Assembly (NCBI RefSeq): GCF_020745735.1
Contig: NC_083402.1
Location: forward strand, 8,260,004 to 8,324,003
DNA: 64,000 nt
Source: Hemiscyllium ocellatum
Lineage: Eukaryota
Direction of reading: 5' to 3'
Part shown: positions 1 through 12,219 of the stretch, piece after piece
Position numbering within the stretch: position 1 is the first letter of the stretch
How the letters are laid out: every line of letters starts with the position of its first letter
Program-made: the position numbers and the translations under genes
The notes under the pieces: model-generated
Databases searched by the model: none
What the model was told of the DNA's origin: nothing
Seen by the model: the letters and a program-made list of their open reading frames with translations, nothing else

Positions 1-1021
1 TCCTCAATTCACTTGCCCCCAACAAGTCTGCCCACAATTTCACTTTCACTACCATCTGGACAGGAACCCAAACCCACCACCTCAGAACATACAATGGCAT
101 TTATTTTATCTGTGGCCACAAAACATACCCTTGGCTGCCATTGTCATGGACTGTGAGCTGTTTCATCAGGTAAATGATACCATTAATTTACCACTCCCAA
201 TCCTCTCCTTTCCGGTAGCTTACCCCGGAAAGTAGCATAGAGTAAATGGCCTGGGAGTTGCAGTAGGAGAAGGACTCCCTGAGATTCTTGTAGAGAGAGG
301 AGGAAAGCTTCTTCAAGGCAGGCATCCTTTCTACTTTCTCCCCACCCCCACCCTCCTCTCATTTATCTCTCCACCCATTAGGCTCTCTGCCTGTATTCCT
401 GATGAAGGGCTTTTGCCCGAAACGTCGATTTTACTGCTCCTCGGATGCTGCCTGAACTGCTGTTCTCTTCCAGCACCACTAATCCAGAATCTGGTTTCCA
501 GCATCTGCAATCATTGTTTTTACCTACTCTCCCTACTTGTGCCCACTTACGTAACCCTGTGCCTGGACATAGAGGCACATCAGCTGGCCACCACACTCAA
601 GGAGATAGCGAATGCCACGGCTGAAGCGCTCGCCCAACTGAATATAGAGGCTGTCGCCATTTGCACTGTTGCCCTACAAAATAGAATGGCCCCGGATTAC
701 TTGCTGGCTGAAAAGGGAGGCACTTGCTCCCTCATTGGTGCAGACTGCTGTACCTAATTCCCTGATCCCAGCGAAAATATAACAGACCTGATGCGCCACA
801 TCCAACAGGCTACTGCTGTCTGACATGGCCAAGAATCCCGCTGGGACTTGTGGAGCTGGGTAACCTCCTGGCTGGGCTCATGGGGCACAGCCCTGCTGCA
901 GGGTCTGATATCCCTTACTGCCATTCTTGTGGGTATCATAGTCCCAGTCATGGCCCTCCATGTGTGCTGCTCCCGGTTGTGTACAGCATTGTTATCCCCT
1001 GCCCCATCACCACCCAGCTAA
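1..1021 (+). pseudogene. env: Endogenous retrovirus env relic (end of SU plus TM subunit, gamma-type), disrupted by stops and an insertion
   Basis: Near 95-170 it reads GIYFICGHKTYPWLPLSW (SU C-terminus). From ~527 it reads SLLVPTYVT...LQNRMAPDYLLAEKGGTCSLIGADCCT (immunosuppressive domain plus CX6CC). Two in-frame stops follow, then a Trp-rich MPER (WDLWSWVTSWLGSW) and a hydrophobic TM (LISLTAILVGIIVPVMAL), ending at TAA 1019-1021. Confidence 0.9.
240..526. mobile_element. Penelope-derived fragment with pLTR/hammerhead motif inserted in env
   Basis: Contains ttcctgatgaagggcttttgcccgaaacgtcgatt...gatgctgcctgaactgctg, the same terminal repeat that flanks the Penelope RT/GIY-YIG copies elsewhere in the window. 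Confidence 0.75.
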
Positions 1022-1154
1022 TACAAGTCCACTGGAGTGACATCCAAAGCGCTGACACAGCCTCCACCCTGCCAGATTTAGACACACGGACAACCCCCCC
1101 CCCGGATCTGGTACATTGTCCCCTTTTCAACCCATCTCAAAAAAAAGAGGGCAT

Positions 1155-1785
1155 TGTGGGAACAAGAACTGCCAACCTGCCCACCCGCAGCACGGCCATA
1201 AAAAGCACAGAAGCTGGCCGGCGAATCACAGAAATCAAGCCTGCCAACACATACAGAACACACCCACAATGCCCCAGCATTGGCGAAACAGACTAACAAA
1301 GAAATCAGACATGGCCAAGCTACTCCCAGACCAGAGAATACATTTCCCAAACAACGTTTACAGTAAAGCTCCCAGCCCCGGTGAGCACTGCGGTCCCAAT
1401 CCCCAAAGGGCAGGCTCAAATCCCATTGAAATCGATACCGCAGAAACAAACAGGCAGACCGTGAGAACCAGGATGACTTCACTTGCAGGAGGAACTCAAC
1501 GGACACACCTGAGTGCCAGGAGAAGGGACATTTATACATATTCATGCAGACGGGAAATACAATGAAGACATTCTCACCTACTCGCAGAGATGGCTGGAAT
1601 CTCCTGTGTCAATTACAAATGAATTGCTACTGAGGGATGCGTGATTAACTTCCATTCAGTTTATTCTTGTTTAAATCACTTTTTAATGTTCACTATTGTC
1701 CTGTAACTGCTTTACAGTTATGACCTTTGTGTTGTACCCCTATAAAGCATGCTGCATCTTCAGTTCTGGGAGTAGCATTATGGCC
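1155..1785 (+). mobile_element. Probable ERV 3' LTR (U3 part), truncated by the U2/Tx1 insertion
   Basis: A polypurine tract aaaaaaaagaggg (1139-1151) downstream of env is followed by TG at 1155. There is a TATA-like tataaag at 1741. No terminal CA or U5 is visible. Confidence 0.6.
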
Positions 1786-1832
1786 ATCGCTTCTCGGCCT
1801 TTTGGCTAAGATCAAGTGTCTGTTCTTATCAG
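1786..1832 (+). ncRNA. RNU2: U2 snRNA 5' fragment (nt 1-52) with a 5-nt deletion; non-functional retrocopy/head
   Basis: atcgcttctcggccttttggctaagatcaagtgt|ctgttcttatcag matches U2 nt 1-34 and 40-52 exactly. AGTAT (nt 35-39) is missing. Confidence 0.92.
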
Positions 1833-2137
1833 GACAGGTGTCAAGCTGTGAGTCATCAGAGCTAGTAGAGATCATCGCTGGATCATGATTGGACGCTGGA
1901 GGATTGTTTGGTTGTGCTGACCTGCTCTTGGTGGATCTTTATGCTGGCTTCTGCCTAACGCCAATTCAGGTATCAGCCAACCTCAGAGCTATGGCCTCAG
2001 CAGATGCTCGCAGCCCTGGCCAGGGCATTCGCAACACAGTCAAGGTGACTGTGAAGAAGGTGGAGGAACACACACCAGTCGATCGGAGAGGATTTGTGAA
2101 GGTTTTGCTGAAGTGCTGTGGGTTTGTAGTAGTGGAT
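1833..2137 (+). mobile_element. Tx1-clade LINE, outer copy: 5' UTR and ORF1 N-terminus
   Basis: ATG at 1991 gives MASADARSPGQGIRNTVKVTVKKVEE...CCGFVVVD, which joins seamlessly to VYCLQDF at 5119. Confidence 0.8.
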
Positions 2138-5118
2138 GTCAGATCCACTGATGTCCAGCCGGTGTTCTTCTCTGACCACTGCCTCCTGCTGGCTGGCTGT
2201 CACTAGCAGCGGGTGGGTAAGGGAACGTGGAAGCTGAACACCAAGCTGTTGACCCCGGGAAACATTGAGGAGCTCAAGAGGGACTACGCAGGTTGGAGAA
2301 ATGTGAAGCCCCTCTTTGAGTCTCCAGTGGACTGGTGGGAAACAGTAAAAGGGAACATCAAGCGGTTCTTCATCCTCAAAGGTGTTCAGGAGGTGAGAGA
2401 GAAGCGGGGAAAACTGTCCCTGCTCCAGAAAACTATGCAGAACCTGCTCCTGCTGCAGACGATGGGGGTCGATGTCACGGAGGACCTCAAGGAGGTGAAG
2501 GGCCAGCAAGCCTCGCTCTTTACCTCAGAGGACTCCAACATAATCTTCCGGTCCAGGGTCCGCTCTGTGGAGCAGGACGAGATGTGCTCACGTTTCTTCT
2601 TCCAGAAGGTGCACAAAGAGAGCTCTGTGCTCAGCAGCCTGAAGGAAGAAGATGGCTCGACAACGTCATCTCAGGCTGACGTCATGAGGATCAGTAAATC
2701 CTTCTATGCCAGTCTGTATGACGCGAAGCCAACCGACAGCGTGGCCTCCCAGTCGTTCCTGTCGTCTATCACGGAGGTCTTAGACGACAGAACACGCGAG
2801 AGGCTGGACCAGCCGCTATCTCTGGACGAGCTGACCAAGGCCCTCGAGTCCTTCGAAAAGAATAAAACTCCCGGAAGCGATGGCTTACCGGTCGAGCTCT
2901 ATTCCGCTCTGTGGGACTTGATTGGCCAGGACCTGCCGGAGGTGTATGTCAGTATGCTTCAGGCGGGTACCATGAGCGAATCCATTAGGAAAGGCATCAT
3001 CACCCTCATCTACAAGCGGAAGGGGGAGAGGGAGGAACTCAAAAATTGTAGACCGATCACACTGTTGAATGCAGACGACAAAAATCCTGTCAAAGGTAAT
3101 CGCCAACCGGGTCAGGTCTGCTCTGGGGTCGGTGATTCACCCTGACCAAACCTGTGCTGTGCCGGGCAGGAAGATCGCTGAGAGTCTCGCACTCCTCAGG
3201 GATACGATCGCCTACGTGCAGGACAGAGAGTTGGACGCCTGCCTGATCAGCCTGGACCAGGAGAAAGCCTTTGACAGGATATCACACAGGTATATGAGAG
3301 ATGTTCTCTCCAAAATGGGCTTTGGGGAGGGAATCTGCAATTGGATCAGACTGCTCTACACCAACATCGTCAGTGCAGTCTCAATCAATGGATGGGAATC
3401 AGATAGCTTCCCAGTCACATCTGGAGTCAGGCAGGGCTGCCCTCTCTCTCCTGCCTTGTTTGTGTGCTGCATAGAGCCATTTGCCGAGTCCATCAGGAAG
3501 GATGCGAGCCTGAGAGGGTTGACTATTCCTGGCAGCGGGGGCCTGCAGGTTATGGCCTCCCTGTACATGGATGACGTCGCTGTTTTCTGCTCGGATCCGC
3601 TGTCCGTGCGCAGACTCATGTGCATTTGTGACCAGTTCGAACGGGCCGCGGGGGCCAAGGTAAACCGAGGCAAGAGCGAGGCCATGGTCTTCGGGAACTG
3701 TGCCAACCAATCCTCGATCCCCTTCACCGTCAGGACCGACCACCTGAAGGTGCTGGGTATTTGGTTTGGGGGGGATGGGGCGTGCGCCAAGTCTTGGGAG
3801 GAGCGTATCAGTAAAGTGAGGCAGAAACTGGGCAGATGGAGGCTGCGGTCGCTCTCCATCACGGGAAAAAACCTGGTCATCAGGTGTGAGGCACTGTCAT
3901 TGCTGTTGTACGTGGCACAGGTCTGGCCTATTCCCAGAACCTGCGCCGCTGCAGTCACCCGGGCCATCTTCCAGTTCATATGGAGTTCAAAGATGGACCG
4001 GGTCCGAAGGGACTCACTATACAAAGATCTGGACAACGGGGGAAAAAATACACCCAATGCCACCCTCACACTGATGGCCACCTTTGTGTGTGGCTGCATC
4101 AAGCTGTGCATGGATCCCCGGTACGCAAACACCAAGTGTCACTACGTACTGAGGTTCTACCTGTCCCCGGTGTTGCGAAGGATGGGCCTGGCCTCGCTGC
4201 TGCGGAATGCTCCGAGTAGTTGGACCGTTCCGTACCACCCGTCCTTCGTGGAGAAATTTCTGAAGAAAAACACCTTTGACCACAAGTCCATCAGGAAGTG
4301 GTCACGTTGCATCCTTGAGACCCTTCGGGAAAAGGAGAGGGCGGATCATGTCGAGTGGTTCCCTGAGCAGACTGTCAAAGCAATTTGGCAGAATGCCTCA
4401 TCGCCAGAACTTTCCAACAAGCACCAAGACATGGCTTGGCTGGTGGTGAGAAGGGCTCTACCTGTGAGATCATTTATGCACGCCCGGACTCTCAGCCGCA
4501 CCGCACGCTGCCCTCGAAGCGGCTGCGGGGGGGACGAGACTGTCACACACCTCCTTCTGGAATGTGCCTATGCAGAGGAAGTCTGGAGAGGAATGCAGTG
4601 GTATTTGTCGAGGTTCGTCCCGAGCAGCGCCGTGATGCGGGACTCCGTGCTCTACGGCCTGTTCCCCGGGACGCACACCGAGACGAACATCAACTGCGCC
4701 TGGAGGGTCATCAACTCAGTGAAGGACGCTCTCTGGGTGGTCCGAAACCTGTTGATCTTCCAGCTGAAGGAGTTGACCCCGACTGAGTGTTGCAGACTGG
4801 CACATTCCAAGGTCCAGGACTACGTGTTGAGGGACGCGCTGAAGCTTGGGGCAGCTGCCGCCAAGGCGCGGTGGGGAAAGACCACCGTTTAACATCTGCC
4901 TGTCAAAAGAAAAGCAGGGGGCCCATGCAGTCATTTGGGCTCTGCTGACGCCTCAGCTCAATATATGAGTGAGAAATGCACAGATATGTATGTAATAATG
5001 ATAATTCGGAGCTGTGTATGCAAATGTGGAAATATGAATGGCATTACCTAATGTACAGTGCATCAAATTATTCTATGCATATTTTATGAATAAAGTATAT
5101 TTTTGAAATAAAAAAAAA
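2138..5118 (+). mobile_element. Tx1-clade LINE, 5'-truncated inner copy (EN C-terminus, RT, CCHC finger, 3' UTR, polyA)
   Basis: It begins VRSTDVQPVFFSDH (APE C-terminus). RT motifs: KTPGSDGLP, RPITLLNAD, LDQEKAFD, GVRQGCPLSP, YMDD. C-terminal finger CPRSGCGGDETVTHLLLEC. One frameshift at ~3080. aataaa plus A-run ends at 5118. Confidence 0.93.
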
Positions 5119-8113
5119 GTGTACTGCCTGCAGGATTTCCCAGTGGTAGGGTATTTTGATGTGACCTTCAGGAGTGTGAAGCATTGTGAGCAGCTCCTGA
5201 AGGTCTTCAAGGAGAAGGAAGGGGAACCTCTGTTCTCCATCTTGTTGGCTGTCCTGTTCTGTGTGCTACCAGCGCAGAGGAGTCAGGTTGTAACAATCCA
5301 GATGTACAACCCTTACGTCCCAGCAGCAGATGTCCTGACCTTCTTGAAGAGATATGTCCAGGTTGAAGGAGAGAGTACCGATGTGGTCGATCCTTTCGGG
5401 ATCTGGACCAGCAAAAGACAGGTCAGGGTAACCCTGAGGGTCGACGCCAGTGGGAATATCCTCCACCCACCCTCCAGCTTCGCCATCAGAGGAAGCAGAG
5501 GTTACCTGACATACGCTGGGCAGCCGAAGGTGTGCCGAACCTGCAGGTGGTCAGGCCACATGGCGGAGGATTGTAAGGTGACCATCTGCCGAAACTGCAA
5601 GCAGGAAGGCCACCCGACCAAGGCATGTAAGGAGGGCAAGAATTGTAATCTGTGCGGAGAGGCGGGCCACATGTACAAGGCCTGCCCAAGACGAGGAGCC
5701 GACACCAACGCACAGAGGGCTGGAGGTGGCAACACGAGCCGTGGATCAACTAAGACCAGCAAGGTACCACAACATAGCATGGAAACGGAGTCTGGAGGCA
5801 TCCAGAAGGAAGGGCAGGCTGTAGCAGAGCAGACGGCAGACAGCAGGGAGATGCAGCAGCCGACCCAAGCTCTTTCAAAACAGACGGAGGAAATGGAAGA
5901 GGAGGGATCAGAAGAGGCAGAGGATTGGATTACTGTCAAAAACATGAACAGGAAACCTCTCTGGGGCCCCAAAGCCACCCAGTGAAGGGGGAAGCGACAC
6001 CTACACAAGGAGGATACAGGCAGCTCTTCCGATGGCGAGGACGGGCGCAAGAAGGGTCGCCACCAGAGGAAGAGACAGCGCCGTGGGGAGAAAGGAGGGC
6101 AGCACCGCCCAAGAAGGGAAAGACGATCCCTCTGAGGGGATGGGTAAAGGCCTCCCACTACCTGGTGAAAACCAAGAGTTACTGACCGGCCCACAGCTCC
6201 AGGTAACTGGGAGCAGTGGTCCTGTGACAGCCCTGCTGTCAGATGGAGAACTGGACGGTGCTGACACTGGGCTCGACACAAAGACACCAGAGCGGGGTAA
6301 TGGCTCCAGCGTGGAGCCGGACAGCTACCTCAGCCCTGGGATGGTCCAGCAGATTGCCATCACCACAGGGATGCACACAGCTACCCCAGAGGAGCAAGAC
6401 CAGCAGCAAATGGACACTGTTAAAATTGTTAAAATGGGGTTTAAAAATTGCCAGCATCAACGTGCGTAGCATCAAATCGGCTACGCAATGTGTATCTACA
6501 ATGGCCTTCCTGGCCAGCATTAAAGCCGACCTCCTGTTTCTGCAGGAGTGTGGGATACCGCACCTCAGCAGCTACAGGAGATGGTCGAGCTTGTGGGCCC
6601 ATGGGCAGTCAGTTTGGTCGGGGGGCAACGATAGCCGCACCTCCAGCCTGGGTATCCTGTTGCGAGGAAGCAACTTCACCATCTCTGAGGTTAAGGAGGT
6701 GGTGGGCGGACGCCTCCTCGTCGCCGACGTTATGTACAAGAATGCTCCCTTGAGACTGATCAATGTGTACGCCCCAGTGGGTAAGAGTGAACGGTTGGCC
6801 GTCCTGCAGCAGCTTCCACTGTTGCTGGCTACGTCCAGGCCATTCATTCTGGCCGGAGACTTCAACTGTATCATTGATGCAGATGGACGATCCGGCAGGG
6901 GGGACAGTAAACTGGACGCCACGTCCAGAGCCCTGATGGACATGGTAAAAGATGCCAAGCTGCACGACGTCTTCAGCACCCCTGCAGACGGAGCGCAGCG
7001 TAGATACACCTGGTCACGGGCGGACGGGTCTATCCGCTCAAGGATAGATTACCTGTTTGTGTCCCAAACGCTCTTGGTCAGATCCTGACCAAACCTGTGC
7101 TGTGCCGGGCAGGAAGATCGCTGAGAGTCTCGCACTCCTCAGGGATACGATCTTCTACATGCAGGACAGAGGGTTGGACGCCTGCCTGATCAGCCTGGAC
7201 CAGGAGAAAGCCTTTGACAGGATATCACACAGGTATATGAGAGGTGTTCTCTCCAAAATGGGCTTTGGGGAGGGAATCTGCAATTGGATCAGACTGCTCT
7301 ACACCAACATTGTCAGTGCAGTCTCAATCAATGGATGGGAATCAGATAGCTTCCCAGTCAGATCTGGACTCAGGCAGGGCTGCCCTCTCTCGCCTGACTT
7401 GTTTGTGTGCTGCATAGAGCCATTTGCCGAGTCCATCAGGAAGGATGCGAGCCTGAGAGGGAGGAACTATTCCTGGCAGCGGGGAGTGCAGGTTAAGGCC
7501 TCCCTGTACATGGATGACATCGCTGTTTTCTGCTCGGATCTGCTGTTCATGCGCAGACTCATGTGCATATGTGACCAGTTCGAAAGGACCTTGGGGGCCA
7601 AGGTAAACCAAGGCAAGAGCGAGGCCATGGTCTTCGGGAACTGGGCCGACCAATCCTATATCCCCTTCACCGTCAGGACCGACCACCTGAAGGTGCTGGG
7701 TATTTGGTTCGGGGGGACTGGGTCATGCACCAAGTCTTGGGAGGAGCGTGTCAGCAAAGTGAGGCAGAAACTGGGCAGATGGAAGCTACGGTCGCTCTCC
7801 ATCACAGGAAAAAACCTGGTCATCAGGTGTGAGGCACTGTCATTGCTGTTGTACGTGGCACAGGTCTGGCCTATTCCCAGAACCTGTGCTGCTGCAGTAA
7901 CCCGGGCCATCTTCCAATTTATATGGTGGTCAAAGATGGACCGGGTCCGAAGGGACTTGCTATACAAAGATCTGGGCAATGGGGGAAAAAATACACCCAA
8001 TGCCACCCTCACCCTGATGGCCACCTTTGGGTGTGTCTGCATTAAGCTGTGCGTGGATCCCCAGTACGCAAACACCAAGTCTCACTATGTACTGAAGTTC
8101 TACCTGTCCCCGG
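5119..8113 (+). mobile_element. Tx1-clade LINE, outer copy continued: ORF1 (3 CCHC knuckles), APE endonuclease, ~1 kb deletion, partial RT
   Basis: ORF 5119-5985 has CxxCxxxGHxxxxC three times. ORF 6243-7088 has APE motifs (SINVRSI, LQE, GDFN, SRIDY). The junction gtcagatcc|tgacc at 7085/7086 jumps to RT sequence homologous to 3143 onward. The copy ends where a CR1 begins. Confidence 0.92.
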
Positions 8114-10075
8114 GGTAAGATAAAGGAACCTTAGATGACGAGCGCGGAGGATATTCTCGCCAAAAGAAAGAAGGGAGCTTACGTAAGGTGGAGGAAGCTC
8201 TAAAGGATTACAGTCAGGCGAGGAAGGAGCTCAAAAATGGTCTGAGGAGAGCCAGGAGGGGGCACGAGAAAGGCTTGGCAGGAAGAATTAGGGAGAATGC
8301 AAAGGCATTTTACATGTATGTGTGGAATAAGAGAATGATCAACGAAAAAGTAGGGCTGATCAGGGATAGCATAGGAAACTTGTGTATAGAGTCTGAGGAG
8401 GTTGGGGAGGCCCTAAATGAGTTTTATGCTTCTGTCTTTACTAACGAAAAGGACCTTGTAGTGAATGAAATCATTGAGGAGCAGGTACGCATGCTGGAAT
8501 GGATAGAGATCGAGGAAGCTGATGTGCTGAAAATTTTGACAAACATTAAGATTGACAAGTCGCCAGGGCCAGACCAGATTTGTCCTCAACTGCTTTGGGA
8601 AGCGAGAAATGTGATTGCTTCACCACTTGCGAAGATCTTTGCATCCTTGCTCTCCACCAGAGTCATACCTGAGGACTGGAGAGAGGCAAATGTAATTCCT
8701 TTCTTCAAGAAAGGAAATAGGGAAATCCCTGGCAATTACAGACCAGTCAGTCTCACGTCTGTCGTCTGCGAGGTGTGAGAAAGGATTCTGAGGGATAGGA
8801 TTTATGACCATCTGGAATGTCATGGCTTGACTAAATGCAGTCAGCACACCTTTGTGAGGGACAGGTCATGCCTCACAAATCTTATTGAGTTCTTTGAGGA
8901 TGTTACTCGACAAGTTGATGAGGGTCAAGCGGTGGATGTGGACTTCAGTAAGGCATTTGATAAGGTTCCCCATGGTAGGCTCGTTCAGAAGGTCAGGAGG
9001 AATGGGATACAGGGAAACTTAGCTGTCTGGATACAGAATTGGCTGGTCGACAGAAGACAGTGAGTGGTAGTGGAAGGAAAGTATTCTGGCTGGAGGTGAG
9101 CGGTGTTCCACAGGGCTCTGTTCTTGGGCCTCTACTCTTTGTAATTTTTATTAATGACTTGGATGAGGAGATTGAAGGATGGGTCAGCAAGTTTGCAGAT
9201 GACACAAAGGTTGGAGATGTCGTTGACAGTATAGAGGACTGTTGTAGGCGCAGCGTGACATTGACAGGATGCAAAGATGGGCTGAGAGGTGGCACATGGA
9301 GTTCAACCTGGATAAATGCGAAATGATGCATTTTGGAAGGTTGAACTTGAAAGTTGAGTACAGGATTAAAGGCAGGATTCTTGGCAGCGTGGAGGAACAG
9401 CGGGATCTTGGTGTGCAGGAACATAGATCCCTTAAAATTGCCACCCAAAGTGGACAGGATTGTTAAGAAAGCATATGGCTTTCATTAACAGGGGGATTGA
9501 GTTTAAGAGCCATAAAATCTTGTTACAGCTCTACAAAACTTTGGTTCGATTGCACTTGGAATACTGTGTCCAGTTCGGGTTGCCATATTATAGGAAAGAT
9601 GTGGATGCTTTGGAGAGGGTTCAGAGGAGGTTTACCAGGATGCTGCCTGGAATGGAGGGCTTATCTTATGAGGAGAGGTTGACTGAGCTCGGACTTTTTT
9701 CTTTGGAAAAAAGAAGGAAGAGAGGGGACCTAATTGAGGTGTACAAGGTAATGAGAGGCATAGATAGAGTTGATAGCCAGAGACTTTTTCCCAGAGCAGA
9801 AATTATTAACACAAGGGGTCATAGTTTTAAGCTGTTTGGCGGAAAGTATAGAGGGGATGTCAGAGGTGGGTTCTTTATGCAGAGAGTTGTGAGAGCATGG
9901 AATGCATTGCCAGCAGTAGGTGTGTTAGCGACATCATTGGGGATATTTAAGAGACTGCTGGACATGCATATGGTCACAGACATTTGGGGGTTCGTACATT
10001 AGGTTTACCTTACATGAGGATCAATGGTTGGCACAACATCATGGGCTGAAGGGCCTGTTCTGTGCTGTACTGTTA
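8114..10075 (+). mobile_element. CR1 LINE (5'-truncated ORF2 RT and 3' tail)
   Basis: [65 protein letters not shown] motifs spread over shifted frames. 3' end gggcctgttctgtgctgtactg. Confidence 0.92.
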
Positions 10076-10590
10076 AAAAAAAATCACATTCTTGAGATAA
10101 CTTACAGTTTTAGAGTAAAAGGTGGCATCTTAGTTCAGTTAATACAATAAAGGTGTGAGGTTAGAGTCTGTCTGTATTCCAATTTTGAGTCAGACTAGTT
10201 CTATTTCCAAAGTAGGAATTTATAAAGTGTTACATGGATTAGCTGCCTGCATTGACTGCCTGCAGGTTGTGGACTTTTTGACAAAATGGAATGTTCCTAC
10301 AATTTTGCAAATTCACATTCACCCAATATAAATGTGTGTGAGCATGTGAGGGACAGAGAGAGAGAGAGTGTGTGTATGTATGTGAGTGAGAGAGCGAGAG
10401 AGTGTGAGTGTTTGCACTTGAGTGTGTATGTGTGGATGTGAATGTGAGTGCTTGAGAGTGTGTGTTTGCGTGTGTGAGTACTTGGTAGTCTGTGTGATTG
10501 TGACAGTGTATAAGCCTGTGAGGGGATTTGTGCTTGGGTGTGAATGTGGGGAGTGTATGTGTGTGTGTCTGAGAGAGAGTGGGTGTATGA
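10076..10590. repeat. Penelope-associated terminal repeat with degenerate (TG)n/(GA)n tract
   Basis: TG/GA-rich tract at 10330-10590. The flank caaattcacattcaccc resembles the arms at 26350-28965. Confidence 0.6.
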
Positions 10591-11004
10591 GAAAGGCCCT
10601 TTGGTCATCTCCCTGCACTAACTGCTTTTTACTTGAATAAACGTTGGCCACGTGCCTGGATCCTGTCTGCCTCCTGAGTCTTTGTACCCATTCGGGGGGA
10701 CAATGTAAAGGTGCTTTCCTTCTGGTTAATTTCAATTTTAAAAAGTAGAAGGAGTTTTACTCTGGATCCAACCCTGAGCTGTGGCTGCCTGGGAGTGTTT
10801 GATGGAGACAGTGCTGAAAGAGCTTTACTCTGTCTCTAACACTGTCCTGCTCCAGCTCACAGAGTGTTTGATGCTGAAGCTGATAATTTTGAGAATTATG
10901 TTGGAAGCTGATAGAACATCTCTTTTTCTCAACGGTTGCTGTGGTTGGTGCTTCTGTTTTAGAATAGCTTTGTCATTCTCTCAGCTCCTACTGACCATAC
11001 ACAG

Positions 11005-11062
11005 ACTTCCCGTTTGTTGTTCGTATCGTGTATGATTGCCTCACATTTATTTGGCAGGAAGT
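11005..11062. promoter_or_regulatory. Two ETS-type core motifs upstream of the leader ATG (candidate leukocyte promoter)
   Basis: acttcc at 11005-11010 and caggaagt at 11055-11062, 65-120 bp before ATG 11128. These motifs are short and can occur by chance. Confidence 0.3.
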
Positions 11063-11127
11063 CAAGTAACTTCTGTAAAAGGACAAGAGTAAGTGAGTGA
11101 GAAGGATGAAATGGTGAAATATTAACG

Positions 11128-11188
11128 ATGAGGTCTCTCTATGTTTGTCTTTCTGCATTCCTGCTGTCAGTCTCAGTACAGGGTCACA
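11128..11188 (+). CDS. SIGLEC15-like: Exon 1: signal peptide of Siglec-15-like gene (MRSLYVCLSAFLLSVSVQGH)
   Basis: ATG, hydrophobic core and a VQG cleavage-type motif. It ends in phase 1 at a consensus donor CA|GTAAGT (11189). Confidence 0.75.
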
Positions 11189-11709
11189 GTAAGTACTTTC
11201 TAATACTGACCTTTCAAATCCACTTTGTTCATCATGGAATTGCCTCCTCCTTGATGGTCTGTTTGCTGTCTGGTATTTAGTTCCCAAACTGTTACTGCTC
11301 AGCACGATGTGCCTTTTCCTTCACTGCGGTTTCTACATCAGGGAGAAATCATTTGTTTTATCAAAAATGAAAACAGTGACAATTGACTATTCCGAGCGTG
11401 ATGATTTATTCCTTCATGTTTTCCTTGTAGATTCATCAACCTTAGACATTTACAGTGTAGAAGGAGGCCATTTTGGGTGATCATGTCTGTATCAGTCAAC
11501 AATGATTTCACTCTACTTCTCCCATTTTGCAGCTCTCCATCTAAAAGCCTTCTTAACCAACTTATTGAGGGCTTTAATGTAATTAGTGGGGTGGAGATCG
11601 CGGTGGGAGGTGGAATTCAGTTGGAGGGAATTTTGAAAATCAGAAAGTGATGCTGTTCAGAGGGTCAATGTGGATTTGTTGGGTCAATTCTCCTGTTTTC
11701 ACACTGCAG

Positions 11710-11832
11710 GGATTCGGAAAAATAGAAATGACAGAGCAGAGGTGCAGGCTACTGAAGAGGCAAATAGAAATGCAAATGAACATCGAAGTACAAATGTTAC
11801 CAGTGTTTATAACTCAACTTCCCTTTCAGGCA
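11710..11832 (+). CDS. SIGLEC15-like: Exon 2: 41-codon linker (RIRKNRNDRAEVQATEEANRNANEHRSTNVTSVYNSTSLSG)
   Basis: Acceptor ttctcctgttttcacactgcag|, donor A|GTGAGT, 123 nt, open in phase 1-1, two N-glycosylation sequons. It parallels the short pre-V exon of mammalian SIGLEC15 as I recall it. Confidence 0.7.
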
Positions 11833-12219
11833 GTGAGTTCCAGACTCTTATTAACCTCTACATGAGGAAGAATCTGTTAAGTCTCCTCTCACTCTCTATC
11901 TCCGACCTTAAATCTATCTTTCCTGTTAACTGACCCCAGTATGAATGAAGAAAGGACCTTCTTCCCTATCCTATCTGAGCACTCATAATTATCCATATTT
12001 TATTAGTTTTCCTGTCAACCAATCAAAAAAAATGAGAAAGCAAATAATGCAGGGTAGTGAAGAGGTTAATGATAATCAAAGTGTGATGGGAAAGAGTAGG
12101 AGATGTACAGAGAAAGATACAAGAGGCGAGGCCACATTGGATTCGGTACTGGGCAATAAACTGGGCCAGCTGTTAGATTTGGTGATAGTGACCACAATTC
12201 AGTTAAGTTTATTTCAGTG

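Noticed and set aside
5119-5985. ZCCHC3-like host gene
   Set aside because: It lies within a Tx1 element next to the EN/RT ORF and is split by a nested insertion, so it is retrotransposon ORF1.
11032-11094. Second consensus donor (A|GTAAGT at 11089) upstream of the leader ATG
   Set aside because: The upstream ATG frame is phase 0 and incompatible with exon 2. It could be a non-coding alternative but is unsupported.
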